From Savitreella phatthalungensis (lineage: Eukaryota): a stretch of 64,000 bases of DNA. The stretch lies in contig AP039694.1 in NCBI GenBank assembly GCA_051599415.1, positions 372,001 to 436,000 of the forward strand, in the 5' to 3' direction. Numbering within the stretch: the stretch's first letter is position 1; every line of letters starts with the position of its first letter. A model generated the notes under the pieces. It ran no database searches, was not told where the DNA came from, and saw only the letters and a list, made by a program, of their open reading frames with translations. Positions 1-10,665 of this stretch are shown here, one piece after another. The position numbers were made by a program, and so were the translations under genes.

Positions 1-864
1 CGTGAATGTGTCGTAAGGCACGATTGTCGGGTGTCCGCATCCAAATCTGACGGCTTCACGGCCGACGTTGAGGTAGGAGGAGCCCAAATTCACCAGCAAC
101 GACAGGCAACTCTCCAACAAGGACGCATCAATCTTCTGCCCGACGCCAGTAGTTTCGCGAGCGTAGAGCGCCGATGCAATTGCTCCATAAGTGTACAATC
201 CCGTGCAAAGGTCAATCAGAGCCACGCCAGGCTTGACTGGCTTACCACCCCGTTCACCTGTGATGTGCATCATGCCGCCTTCTGCTGCAGCAATCACATC
301 GTAGCCAGGCCGTTTGCTGTATGGCCCCTGTGAACCGTATCCGCTGACACTTGCGTGAATGATGCGAGGATTCGCTTTGCTCAATACGGAGTATCCGATT
401 CCGAGCTGGTCAAGCTTTCCTGGTAGATAGTTATCGACAACGACATCAGCTCGTTCTGCCATCTTTTTGATGATCTCGATGCCTTTAGGGTCCTTCAAGT
501 TGACGGCGATGGACTTTTTCGAGCGGTTGCATGAAGCGAAGTAGAGGGATGTGTCTGAGCCTTCCTTCCACATCTGCTCTTGTTCTGCAGCGTCCTTCCA
601 GTGGCGAGTGTCATCTCCGATCCCAGGAATCTCGACCTTGACCACATCCGCACCTGCATCCGCCAGCATCTGCGTCGCATACGGACCTGCAAGCACTCGT
701 GTCAGATCAAGCACGCGGATTCCGGCGAGTGGGCCATCCCGCTCAAAATCCTCGGTCGTCGGTGGTTTTGTTGCAGAAGGTGTGCTCAAACACCGGACGA
801 GAAAGCGAGTTGGGCGTGGTGTTTGCAGTCTCCGCAGAGATCGGGAACAGCCGGTGACGCGCAT
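1..864 (-). CDS. CoA-transferase family III (CaiB/BaiF; SUGCT-like), probably mitochondrial; 3' end runs off the window
   Basis: Manual minus-strand translation from ATG 864: MRVTGCSRSLRRLQ...GPLAGIRVLDLTRVLAGPYATQMLADAGADVVKVEIPGIGDDTRHW, the CaiB/BaiF N-terminal signature, after an Arg-rich presequence. It is absent from the ORF track, consistent with the frame running off the window edge. Confidence 0.92.
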   Translation of the reverse strand, partial: MRVTGCSRSLRRLQTPRPTRFLVRCLSTPSATKPPTTEDFERDGPLAGIRVLDLTRVLAGPYATQMLADAGADVVKVEIPGIGDDTRHWKDAAEQEQMWKEGSDTSLYFASCNRSKKSIAVNLKDPKGIEIIKKMAERADVVVDNYLPGKLDQLGIGYSVLSKANPRIIHASVSGYGSQGPYSKRPGYDVIAAAEGGMMHITGERGGKPVKPGVALIDLCTGLYTYGAIASALYARETTGVGQKIDASLLESCLSLLVNLGSSYLNVGREAVRFGCGHPTIVPYDTFT

Positions 865-1924
865 CGATACGAATGCGATTATGTGTAAGAGAACGTGGTA
901 GGTACGAGTGACGTGACTGCTATGTTGCACGGTGCAGACCGCGAAATGTACCCAAAGGACCCACGTAGAAGAAATGAGATCAGATGTCGTAAGTGGCTAC
1001 TGGCAGAGTGCTGGTTGCATCAGGTAGGTCGTTTGGGCCGGTGACTGCCGGGAGTGCATGAGCGTGCATTCCGAATTGCGAGACTCAACGTTGCATAGTG
1101 ATGCAGCTCTGACTGGAATTTTATTTCGCGGTTGATTTTTGTGGAGAAGTTGATCCGATCAAAAGCACGTCCACATAAGGGACGGAATGCAGGTCATCGG
1201 AAAGCATAGTTTGTCGCTGGTGTCTGGCAGTGACCACAAACGACGGAGGAAGAGCGACTGATGCATATTCAAATGCGGATCTCCCGAACCGAGATTCACC
1301 TGTCCGGCAGTCCGGATCGAAATTACCTCCGAGTCATTCAATTGCGTTAGGGAGTTTCACAGCATGTCCGGATTCTCTCTTCTCAGGACTCTGGGTCAAG
1401 CACATGACGTCCGCACTTCCGAGAGCAATCCAGCATGCCTCTCAACCATATATACCTGACCAGACGATCGGAATTACCCATGCATGCTGCAGGCCATGAT
1501 GTGTCAATTCTCTGCTCTCGCTCCAGTATACTTTTCACCCGGATAAATTGAATTACCGAATTCCGAGCCTCAATCAGACTATGCGGACGATCAATCATGT
1601 GTTGTTGAATGTGCAGCTAGTGTACCATCAATCCATCACATACCTTTCGCGCATATGCATGCCCTGAGTCCATCTATGGCGAGAATAAAGAAATTCCTAA
1701 TTCGGGTAAACAGGACGTGACCAATAAATTCAATGCACGACGACGTGTTCTCAGAATACACATGTGCAGCGTGCATGCATAGGTACAGGATAAATGGGAT
1801 GGCTAGCCCTCCCACGCAATTCCAACTCCAGCCTGTAGCTCGCCAACACTCCTTCCTGCACCAGCTTGAGTGCTCTTGATCGACTCGCTCATCGTTCTCC
1901 CTGCACTCTTAGCAATTCAGATTC

Positions 1925-2881
1925 ATGTCTGCTCCTGCGTCTGTGTCTGGACGGGCAGAGTCACCCCAAGCTCGTTCACAGTCGCCCCTGCCCAGAGCTG
2001 ATCAGATCAAGCTGATTGCAAGTGACGTCGACGGCACGCTTCTCGACTCCAATCATCGTCTACATCCGCGTACTTTCCACGCGATTCGCTGGCTGCGGGA
2101 TAACAAACCAGATCTCCCTTTCGTCATTGCTACTGGTAAGCAGCACAGATCAGTTGCAGAGATCCGCGGACCACTCGACCTAGACCGCTTCCACTCATCC
2201 CACCTCAACGGCTGCGTCGTTTACGGACCCCACGCACAAGTCCTAGCTGACACCGGTCTGAGCTATGAGACCTGTGTGAAGCTATTTGACACGTTTGCAC
2301 GCGAGCGTCAGATCTCTACCTATTTCTACGACTACAGCACAGTTTACGAAATTCCCGGATCAGAGCAAGGCAAGTACGGCCGCAAATTGAAACAGTACGG
2401 TGAAGATGTACGAATTGTGGGAGAAGAGGTGCTCGAGCAGATCAAGCAGGGCAAGATCCGTGTCATCAAGGCTGCCATTTGTCAGAGTCCAGGCCCTGGT
2501 CTAGAGAGCTCCAGGGCACTCCTCAAGTCTGAATTCTCGCCAGCAGAGATTACATTGACTCAAGCAATCGAGTTCTGCATTGAGCTCATTCCAACCACCG
2601 GGTCCAAGGGAATTGCTCTTGCCAAAATCCTTGGAACGGACATCAAGCCTGAGGAAGTCATCGTGTTTGGTGACGGAGAGAATGATGTGAGCATGTTCCG
2701 AGTGGCAGGTCATGCAGTGGCCATGGCGAACGCGATGCCATCGGCCAAAGCTAATGCGACATTTCAAGCACCTCTATCGAATGACCAAGGAGGCGTCGGT
2801 CAAATTCTCGAAACTATCTTTGGCTTCGACTATGAAGAGAAGCCATACGACTACTGGTTGGAACCGGCGAAGAAGCTATAG
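1925..2881 (+). CDS. Cof-type HAD-superfamily hydrolase (subclass IIB)
   Basis: Motif I ASDVDGTLL, motif II IATGK, motifs III/IV SKG...FGDGENDVSMF. Confidence 0.92.
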   Translation: MSAPASVSGRAESPQARSQSPLPRADQIKLIASDVDGTLLDSNHRLHPRTFHAIRWLRDNKPDLPFVIATGKQHRSVAEIRGPLDLDRFHSSHLNGCVVYGPHAQVLADTGLSYETCVKLFDTFARERQISTYFYDYSTVYEIPGSEQGKYGRKLKQYGEDVRIVGEEVLEQIKQGKIRVIKAAICQSPGPGLESSRALLKSEFSPAEITLTQAIEFCIELIPTTGSKGIALAKILGTDIKPEEVIVFGDGENDVSMFRVAGHAVAMANAMPSAKANATFQAPLSNDQGGVGQILETIFGFDYEEKPYDYWLEPAKKL

Positions 2882-3240
2882 ATCTTTGCTCCCGGTGACA
2901 GCTCCATCATACCCTCATAGAGATAGACAGCATAGAGCAACGAGGGATAGAGATCAGCCCTCATACCCATGAGGACGAAACGAATAGAAATCACGGACGA
3001 TTTACAGCACCAATTCTCATCATGAGCCAGTGCTTTTGTGTATGCCCCACATACTTTATTCCGTCGATCGTGCATCCGCCCAAGACATCAACAATCCATC
3101 TCGGAAAAAATTCTTGGTCTCACCTGTGAAAAGTGATCTCATACGGGGTAACGCGAGACAGCACCGAAACCTTGGTTGACCTGGTTGTTATAACGAACAA
3201 TACACATCTCTGTCGCCACAGCTCTTCTCACGGCATCTCA

Positions 3241-4440
3241 ATGTCAGGTGAAGCATTCAAGGTCCCGCATGCTCCGTTGACACTCTATCAGTGGTTTCTG
3301 GACTGTGTCTATCAGGCTGCACGCCAGCTCGATTCTGCACCCGCAGATTCCTCAGCTCTGCCAGTGCGACTCAGACGTGCAGCATTCATCCAGGTATATC
3401 GTCTATACCATGCATTCAGAGAGATTTACACTGGAAGAGGTGTGCTGGAGATGCAGTGCAGCAGTGTAGCCGACATTCTGCGTCAAAAAATAGGAGCGGA
3501 CGCGTTCGAAGATGCAGATCTGCTCGCCAACTCGACACACAAAAAAGTCCGCGCGCTGGATAGAGGTCCATCAATCCAGCATGCCGAAGAAACTTATGCG
3601 ATAGAATGTGCTCTTGCAGCGCTTACAGCTACTCAAGAGCAGTATCACTTGCTGCTCCGGGCGGCAGAAGACCAAGAGTCTACTGACGCTCAGGCGGAAT
3701 TGATCAAGAAGATATTCTACCGCGCATACTACAAAGCCAGCTCAAAGCACGGCAAGACTCATCTTGACCTGCTCACTTATAACATCGATATCATATACAG
3801 CACACATGCGGCCGTGCAGCAGGTGCTAGATCTTGCTGACAAGTCTACAACGTGGGAGAAGTGTTCGGATGACTACAACAAGCTTGCTGGAGATCTGTCT
3901 CTGGACTTCGATGCTGGTCAGAAGGGGAAGCACTGGGGTCAATTAGGGTTCCAGGGGAAGGATCCTTCGACAGATTTCCGAGCGAGCGGTCTGCTTGGAC
4001 TTCGCCACCTACGCCACCTTGCAGCCAACCACGCCATGTACGCTCATCGAATGCTAGCAGAATCCAGCACGGTCGAAGCAGCCAGGTCGCCAGACATCCC
4101 ATGGTACCCTTTCGCGCTCTGCTCAATCCATGTGACGAACATGTTGCTGACGCTGCTGCGGACCGGCGCGCTTCAGCGGCAACTGATTCGAGCTGCTATC
4201 CGATCAGGCGGTGGGGAGGATGCGGTCGAAGGAGTGCTTGCATTCACAGACGAGCTCCACTCGTACTTCCTTTGCCGCTGCCACCTCGACTGGGCTACAG
4301 GTGTCGACAAGGAAGAAATCACCACCGTTCTGCAATTCGAAGACTTTTTCAAGGAGTACGCAGCTTACGAGCTCGAGCAGCTCCATCGGACGCAATTCCA
4401 GGTCGAAGATTTACACGTCTCACAGTGCAAGTGGTGGTAG
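3241..4440 (+). CDS. ELMO/CED-12 domain protein (ELMOD family Arf/Arl GAP-like)
   Basis: WGQLGFQGKDPSTDFRASGLLGL and YPFAL..I motifs of the ELMO domain; first ATG at 3241. Confidence 0.88.
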   Translation: MSGEAFKVPHAPLTLYQWFLDCVYQAARQLDSAPADSSALPVRLRRAAFIQVYRLYHAFREIYTGRGVLEMQCSSVADILRQKIGADAFEDADLLANSTHKKVRALDRGPSIQHAEETYAIECALAALTATQEQYHLLLRAAEDQESTDAQAELIKKIFYRAYYKASSKHGKTHLDLLTYNIDIIYSTHAAVQQVLDLADKSTTWEKCSDDYNKLAGDLSLDFDAGQKGKHWGQLGFQGKDPSTDFRASGLLGLRHLRHLAANHAMYAHRMLAESSTVEAARSPDIPWYPFALCSIHVTNMLLTLLRTGALQRQLIRAAIRSGGGEDAVEGVLAFTDELHSYFLCRCHLDWATGVDKEEITTVLQFEDFFKEYAAYELEQLHRTQFQVEDLHVSQCKWW

Positions 4441-4463
4441 GCAAGCTGCTTCCATTCTGGACA

Positions 4464-6077
4464 TTACAGGGTGGATGCTTGATTTCGTGTCTGCTCAGCG
4501 TCGGCATCCACCTGCTGCGGTGCGGAGTCAAGGACGTCGCGCAGCTGAGTCTGGGGACATACGAGCGGCTTCCTCAGCATCCTCGCATGCGTCAGTTGCT
4601 CGAAGGCGTATGCCACTTCAATCAGCAGCTCCTCGGAGAACCGTCGACCGATAAAGCTGATGCCGAACGGCACATGAGGTCCAGTCGCAACGAGGGTCTT
4701 CCGCTTATTATAGACGACAGGCGTGTTGAACGGCGCGAATCCAAGCGGCACAGTGATGATTGGGTGACCAGCATACGAAGCGATCTCCGGGCTGGCACTC
4801 GACAAAATCATCAGCACATCGCCGTCCATCGACGCAAGCGCCGCTTCGATACCGTCCTTCCCACCCATCAGCACATTCCTATCAAGTGCTGCAGGGTGGT
4901 ACTCCCGCTTCAGGCTGTCCTCCCACAGCTCAGTATTCCGGCTTTCACCGCACTCCAGGGGGGAGGCCTTTGTGAACTCAAGGACATCCTTTAAGTCCTT
5001 GATGCAATGTGGGTTATGCTGGAGCTGTGAAAAGTATCCAGGAAGGTCGCGCACAAAGTCGTTGTTCAAGACAATGTCTCTGTCCTTATTCTCTTTGTCC
5101 TTCATCCGGTCGATCGATGGTACTTCCACATCCCTCACTTCCGCAGCATGTTCTTTCGCTAGCGCGATCGCGCGATCCAGCGCCGCAATCTCATATGCTG
5201 GCGTCTTCTCGAGATCTATCAATTGACGTGGTATTCCTATCCGCTTCCCGCGCAACCCGTCAGACTTGCACGCGCCGAGGTAGTCAAACGACTTCGGGCA
5301 TTCAGCCGTGGCTGCATCGTGGTCTGCGTCACCTCCCGCAATGACTTGGAGCACAGCTGCAGCATCTTTGACAGTACGTGCCATGGGACCGACGGTGTCC
5401 TGATGTGATGAGATGGGCACGCACAGATGTCTGCTCGTCAAGCCCACTGTTGGCTTGATACCTACCAGATTGTTGACGTTGGCAGGCGAGATGATTGATC
5501 CACATGTCTCGGACCCAAGCGCTACGAAACACAGACCGACGCTTGGCGCGACGCCGCTGCCGCTTGACGATCCGGACGGATCTTGCAGTGCGTGGTAAGC
5601 TCCCAAGGTCTGTCCGCCAACAGCTGACCAGCCGTTCGACGAATCAGTCGATCTGTAATTCGCCCACTGAGACAGATTCGTCTTGCCGAGAATCACAGCG
5701 CCAGCCTCACGCAGCTTCCGGACTACGGTCGCATCCGCACCTGTCCTAGCCCCGTACAAGGCGAATGAGCCGGCAGTCGTATTCATCCGGTCGCCCGTGG
5801 CGATATTGTCCTTGACGAGGATCGGCAAACCGTGCAGAAAACCTGTAGAGCTCCCGGCGGCACGTTCACTATCAAGCTTTCGCGCAATCTCGATTGCATC
5901 TGGATTTACCTGGATAACTGATTTAAGGATCCCATCGACGTCGCGAATTCGTGCGAGGTATGCCTGTGTCAAGATCTCACTTGTGATCGTACCGTCATCG
6001 AGCAATCGGCGAGCATCATCGAGCGATAGGTCTAGTAAGTCTGGAAGCGATTCACTCGGACTTCCCTTCGTCGTCAT
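4464..6077 (-). CDS. Amidase signature family enzyme
   Basis: LHGLPILVKDNI, GKTNLSQWA, PSGSSSGSG and GSETCGSI motifs (Ser-cisSer-Lys triad); start placed at MTTKG (6077). Confidence 0.92.
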   Translation of the reverse strand: MTTKGSPSESLPDLLDLSLDDARRLLDDGTITSEILTQAYLARIRDVDGILKSVIQVNPDAIEIARKLDSERAAGSSTGFLHGLPILVKDNIATGDRMNTTAGSFALYGARTGADATVVRKLREAGAVILGKTNLSQWANYRSTDSSNGWSAVGGQTLGAYHALQDPSGSSSGSGVAPSVGLCFVALGSETCGSIISPANVNNLVGIKPTVGLTSRHLCVPISSHQDTVGPMARTVKDAAAVLQVIAGGDADHDAATAECPKSFDYLGACKSDGLRGKRIGIPRQLIDLEKTPAYEIAALDRAIALAKEHAAEVRDVEVPSIDRMKDKENKDRDIVLNNDFVRDLPGYFSQLQHNPHCIKDLKDVLEFTKASPLECGESRNTELWEDSLKREYHPAALDRNVLMGGKDGIEAALASMDGDVLMILSSASPEIASYAGHPIITVPLGFAPFNTPVVYNKRKTLVATGPHVPFGISFIGRRFSEELLIEVAYAFEQLTHARMLRKPLVCPQTQLRDVLDSAPQQVDADAEQTRNQASTL

Positions 6078-6811
6078 ATCGCCCGTCGTCTGTCTAGTGG
6101 GCACGAGCACATGAACGACGCGTCTTCTATAAACCTTTCGTGTAGCGTGTACCTGTGATTCCCAGTGACACGATAGAAGAGAAGCCACTTCATCAAGCGA
6201 GACAATCCCTGAGATCCTCGACCAAGAAGGAGAGACCGGCATGTCAACGAGGCCAGATGGAGGCGGCCAATCGGATAGCATCAATCTCATTTATCTCGGG
6301 TAATCATGCAACAGGCTCCACTTTTCCTTTTTCTCTCTTTTCCAGCTTGCTTCTTTTATCGCTCTTGACCTTTAAATTTACAAACAAAGATCTGTCTTCC
6401 TTGGCATAGCAAGCAAGAGAGACAAGGACAGCGATGCACAGTCTCTTCTAAGATACGTGGAAGAGGGAGTGAAGGTCTACGGTGCATGTTGTCCCATAAC
6501 TGATAGAGCAGTATAGCCAAGTTAATTGTACATGTACGTATTTGTGAGAGCCCTTGAGACTGGATGTTGACCCACAAGATCTCGAGTAAATGCAGACAAA
6601 AAGTGCACGCGAAGAAATCCAAGATTCCAGGATTCAGATCTCCAGATCAACTCCATCTGATCAATCTATCCACGTAACCACATCCAGGATACCCAACACA
6701 CTCGCTCATACTCACTCAGACGCACTGCTCCTTCATCCACCCTCAACGTACTTCATATCCTTTCAACGCTTTCTTATCGATAGGAACAAGTCACGCGCTC
6801 ACATATCTCTC

Positions 6812-8092
6812 ATGGCTTCTTCGCCTACATCTCGCGCGCTTGTGGGCCTGTTTGTCACGGGCATGCTCCTCACGGGCTGTGCCAATACACTCCTGCTCAA
6901 ATACCAAGACCAGGCTTGTGAAGCTCAAGCTAGACCTGGATTTGCTGCTGGCTGCAACTCCTTCCCAATCATCCAGTCATTCGCCATGTTCTCCGGTGAA
7001 TCGCTCTGCTTTGTCGTCGTCGGCCTCTCTGCCATGTACTCACTCTTCTTTCGCGGCCGCAGTGCATCCCACCATCATCCCACCGGCGCAGCAGGCTACA
7101 CACCACTCTTTGCAGATGACACACACAGGCAGTCGCAGACTTCAGACAGAGCGGATGACGCTGATCTCGATACCAGCATCGCAACCAACGCCCTTCACAA
7201 GGACTCCAACAACCCACCACTTGTCGGTCGCAAAACCCTATACCTAGCTCTACCAGCCATCTGCGACATCATCGGTACCACAATCATGTCAATAGGTCTC
7301 CTCTTTGTACCAGCATCGATCTTCCAGATGTGCCGAGGCGCATTGGTCTTATTCGTGGGATTGTTCAGCGTCATCTTCCTGCGCAGGCAGCTCGCACGAT
7401 TCCAGTGGTTTGCACTATTTCAGGTGACCGCGGGCGTCTTCCTCGTGGGTCTATCGACTGTCATCGGCGCGCGTCCATCCACCCCACACGAGCCAACCTC
7501 TGCGGAATCGACCAATTTCGCTCGCACGCTTGCCGGCGTTCTCATGATCGTCGGCGCACAGATCTTCACCGCCTCCCAGTTCGTCCTCGAAGAGTTCATC
7601 CTCGGCAAGTACAGTATTGAGCCGATCAAAGTCGCAGGATACGAAGGCATCTACGGACTCTTCATCGTCACAACCGGCATGTTCATTGCCCACATCACCT
7701 ACGGCAGTACACCGAAAGGCGCTGACACTACCTGGGATGTCCAGTCTGGTCTCAATGCTATTGGCCACGATCCCAAGCTCGTTCTTGCATTCATGATCTT
7801 CGCCGTCTCGATTGCCGCGTTCAACTTCTTTGGACTCTCCGTGACACGCACCGTCTCTGCCACCTCGAGAAGCACAATCGATACCTGCAGGACGCTCTTC
7901 ATCTGGGCAGTGTCCTTGGCCCTTGGCTGGGAGACTTTCAAGGTCCTCCAGCTCATCGGATTTGTCCTTCTCGTCCACGCTACCCTCGTCTTCAACGGTG
8001 TCGTCCGACCTCTAGTCTTCGCCGATAGACGAGGCGACCATATGTCACGACAATCAGCCGTTGATCCAACGCGGCCCAACACACTCGAGTGA
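6812..8092 (+). CDS. SLC35F6-like nucleotide-sugar/DMT superfamily transporter
   Basis: About 10 hydrophobic segments; LPAICDIIGTT, SIFQMCRG, QFVLEE and SATSRSTIDTCRT motifs. Confidence 0.88.
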   Translation: MASSPTSRALVGLFVTGMLLTGCANTLLLKYQDQACEAQARPGFAAGCNSFPIIQSFAMFSGESLCFVVVGLSAMYSLFFRGRSASHHHPTGAAGYTPLFADDTHRQSQTSDRADDADLDTSIATNALHKDSNNPPLVGRKTLYLALPAICDIIGTTIMSIGLLFVPASIFQMCRGALVLFVGLFSVIFLRRQLARFQWFALFQVTAGVFLVGLSTVIGARPSTPHEPTSAESTNFARTLAGVLMIVGAQIFTASQFVLEEFILGKYSIEPIKVAGYEGIYGLFIVTTGMFIAHITYGSTPKGADTTWDVQSGLNAIGHDPKLVLAFMIFAVSIAAFNFFGLSVTRTVSATSRSTIDTCRTLFIWAVSLALGWETFKVLQLIGFVLLVHATLVFNGVVRPLVFADRRGDHMSRQSAVDPTRPNTLE

Positions 8093-8198
8093 GTCGGGCT
8101 CGCCGCATGAATATGAACCACGATAGATGACCTTTACGTAGCCATTCCTGCAACGCAAATTGATGAGTTCCATTCCACCTAGGTCTGTCGAACGCCAT

Positions 8199-8474
8199 TC
8201 ACCTGGCGCGTCTGTGTGATGCAACGGCGCGTTCGAGCACTCCGACTTCCTCTGCCAGCATGTCGAACCAGTTTCTCAGATCTCCTACCTGCTTGAGCGC
8301 GTTGGTCGCGCTGTCATTGGCCCTATCGAGTGTCACATTCGCCCTGCGAGCCTCACCATCCAGCTTCTTCCCGCCAGCAGACTGCTTCTCCAGCTGACGA
8401 GCACCAGCATGAAGCTCCCCAGCTAGCCCATACACCTCAGACTCACCATCGATAGCCCCATACACCCGATCCAT
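8199..8474 (-). CDS. BLOC-1 subunit BLOS1/GCN5L1-like small coiled-coil protein
   Basis: C-terminal NALKQVGDLRNWFDMLAEEVGVL resembles the BLOS1 LKE(I/L)GDxxNW motif; first in-frame ATG at 8474. Confidence 0.7.
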   Translation of the reverse strand: MDRVYGAIDGESEVYGLAGELHAGARQLEKQSAGGKKLDGEARRANVTLDRANDSATNALKQVGDLRNWFDMLAEEVGVLERAVASHRRAR

Positions 8475-8629
8475 TCCCTTTGACAATTTGCGTCAGCGGC
8501 CTGGAAATCATAAGACAATTGAGACACGTAGTGGTGGAGCCGGCGCAAAAGGCACACCTGGACACCTGAACTTTCACTAGAACTCACCGTCCGCGGTAAC
8601 CGTGTTTGGTAGTCCGAGGACCTTCTACG

Positions 8630-10648
8630 ATGGGCAAGGACAAGGCTGCTGCAGCTGCAGCTAAGAAAGCTCGTGCGACGGCGAAGATGGCGAAGAAAGG
8701 GGACAAGAAGACGAAGAAGCTTGCGAGCAAAGCGCGCGAGGACGACTCTGACGAAGACGACATGGACATCGACGCTGTCCTTGCAGCCTTCCACGCCGAC
8801 CAGGCCTCTCGCCAGGCAGTCCACGAGGAATCTGTCCCGAAACCAGCACACCGGATCAACGCAACCCTCACACCACACCCAACAAACCGCAAAGAACTCT
8901 TCCTCTTCGGCGGCGAATCCTACAACGGCACCTTCTCACACTTCTACAACGACCTCCACGTCTACAACGCCGACAGAAACACCTGGGTGCGGTACACCTC
9001 GAAGACAGCACCGCTTCCGCGGTCGTCGCACCAGGCGGTTGCGACGGCTGATGGGTTGTTTGTGTTTGGTGGTGAGTTGTCTTCGCCGCGTGGGAACGAG
9101 TTCAGACACTTCAATGACTTGTGGATGCTGTCGTGGGCGACGCGGTCATGGTCGATGGTGCGTGGCGGTGGGGTGGCTCCGCCTGCGAGGTCAGGACACA
9201 GGATGTGTGTTGCAGGGAATGGCAGGTATATTCTGCTGTTTGGTGGGTTCCAGGACACATCTGCGCAGGCGACCAAGTACCTCGATGATCTGTGGGCGTT
9301 TGATCTTGTGGGTGAGGCATGGGTACAGGTCAAGCTGACTGTGGTTGGACAGAAGCCCGAGCCAAGGTCGGGCGGGACACTCGTCCCTGTGTCACCGACA
9401 GAGTGCCTGATGTTTGGCGGGTACACGAAGAAGAAGGTCTCAGGCAAGGTCTACCGCGGCACCATCTTGAACGACTACTGGACCCTTAAACTCGTCGGCG
9501 AGCCAGCCGCAGGCACATGGTCATGGCACAAGCGCAAACGTCCTGGCGCAGCACCAACCCCGAGAGTCGGCGCAGCCACATGCCTCCACCGCAATCGGCT
9601 CATCTCCTTCGGCGGCGTGTTTGATACAAAGGAAGGAGAAGAGACGTTATCCTCTGTATTCTATAACTCTTGTTCAGCGCTGTCCATCCAGCTAGGCAAG
9701 TGGTACGAGTTAAAGGTGAGACCACCGAGAAAGAACCCAGCCGCAGGAGCCACAGTGAACCAGTTGCAGGCACGGCGGCCGGTGAAGGAGTCACGCGATC
9801 GCGAGCTACTCGAGCTTCAGGCCAAGCTGAACGGGACGTCTCTGGAAGAAGCTGCATCAGCGGCAGCTGCGGATGCTGGGGCCGATGCTGGCGATGATGG
9901 GGATATGGAAGAGGACGAGACACATGCGAAGCTCAAGGATCTGCCGACGACCATGGTCATGCCACACCCGCGATTTGGCGCTGCGACTGCCTGCGCAGGA
10001 GACATGCTCTTCATCTATTCCGGCACGTACGAACAAGGCGAGAAGGAGTACACGCTCGACGATCTCCACGCCATCGATCTAGTCAAACTCGATGGCGTAC
10101 GCAGAGTCTTCGGAAACGAGATTCAGATCGAGGAAGAGCGTGAATCTGACGACGATGATGACGATGACGACCCCGAAGCAGATGATGACGAGGGAGAGGG
10201 AGAAGAAGTGACCACCATCTCTGCCTCAGTGGAAGCAGACGACAAGCAAAATGCTGGCGAAGCCGAAGAAGAGGCACCAGATGGTGAGAAGCCTGCTGAA
10301 GATCCTCGGCCGGCGCCATTGGTGTTTGAAAACCTGCAGAAGTACTGGCGGCGGACGCAACCGAAGTGGATGTACTGGTGCATCAACTATACGGGGCTGA
10401 AATTGGATCCTGGGTCAAAGGAGATGCGCACAGAGGCGTTCGTCCGAGCAGAAGAGTTCTGGTGGATGGAGCGTGAGCGTCTGCGAGAGCTCGAGGACGC
10501 CTATCTCGATGCCGGTCTCGTCCCAGGCGCCGACGGTGGCGTCTTTGATCCCGCGGTCGCAGACCTCGCTCCTCCGCCAGACGACAGCAACCAGGTCGTC
10601 CAGAAGGACGACACCCAGCAGCAGAGGACCGTAGGACAGCGCAGATAG
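8630..10648 (+). CDS. KEL3: Kelch-repeat protein KEL3/KLHDC4 family with acidic tract and C-terminal DUF4110-like domain
   Basis: Lys-rich N-terminus MGKDK...; repeated LFLFGGE, PLPRSSHQ, PPARSGHRM, PRFGA kelch motifs; C-terminal P..FENL..YW.RT...W. Confidence 0.85.
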   Translation: MGKDKAAAAAAKKARATAKMAKKGDKKTKKLASKAREDDSDEDDMDIDAVLAAFHADQASRQAVHEESVPKPAHRINATLTPHPTNRKELFLFGGESYNGTFSHFYNDLHVYNADRNTWVRYTSKTAPLPRSSHQAVATADGLFVFGGELSSPRGNEFRHFNDLWMLSWATRSWSMVRGGGVAPPARSGHRMCVAGNGRYILLFGGFQDTSAQATKYLDDLWAFDLVGEAWVQVKLTVVGQKPEPRSGGTLVPVSPTECLMFGGYTKKKVSGKVYRGTILNDYWTLKLVGEPAAGTWSWHKRKRPGAAPTPRVGAATCLHRNRLISFGGVFDTKEGEETLSSVFYNSCSALSIQLGKWYELKVRPPRKNPAAGATVNQLQARRPVKESRDRELLELQAKLNGTSLEEAASAAAADAGADAGDDGDMEEDETHAKLKDLPTTMVMPHPRFGAATACAGDMLFIYSGTYEQGEKEYTLDDLHAIDLVKLDGVRRVFGNEIQIEEERESDDDDDDDDPEADDDEGEGEEVTTISASVEADDKQNAGEAEEEAPDGEKPAEDPRPAPLVFENLQKYWRRTQPKWMYWCINYTGLKLDPGSKEMRTEAFVRAEEFWWMERERLRELEDAYLDAGLVPGADGGVFDPAVADLAPPPDDSNQVVQKDDTQQQRTVGQRR

Positions 10649-10665
10649 TTTCTCCCGACCATCGC

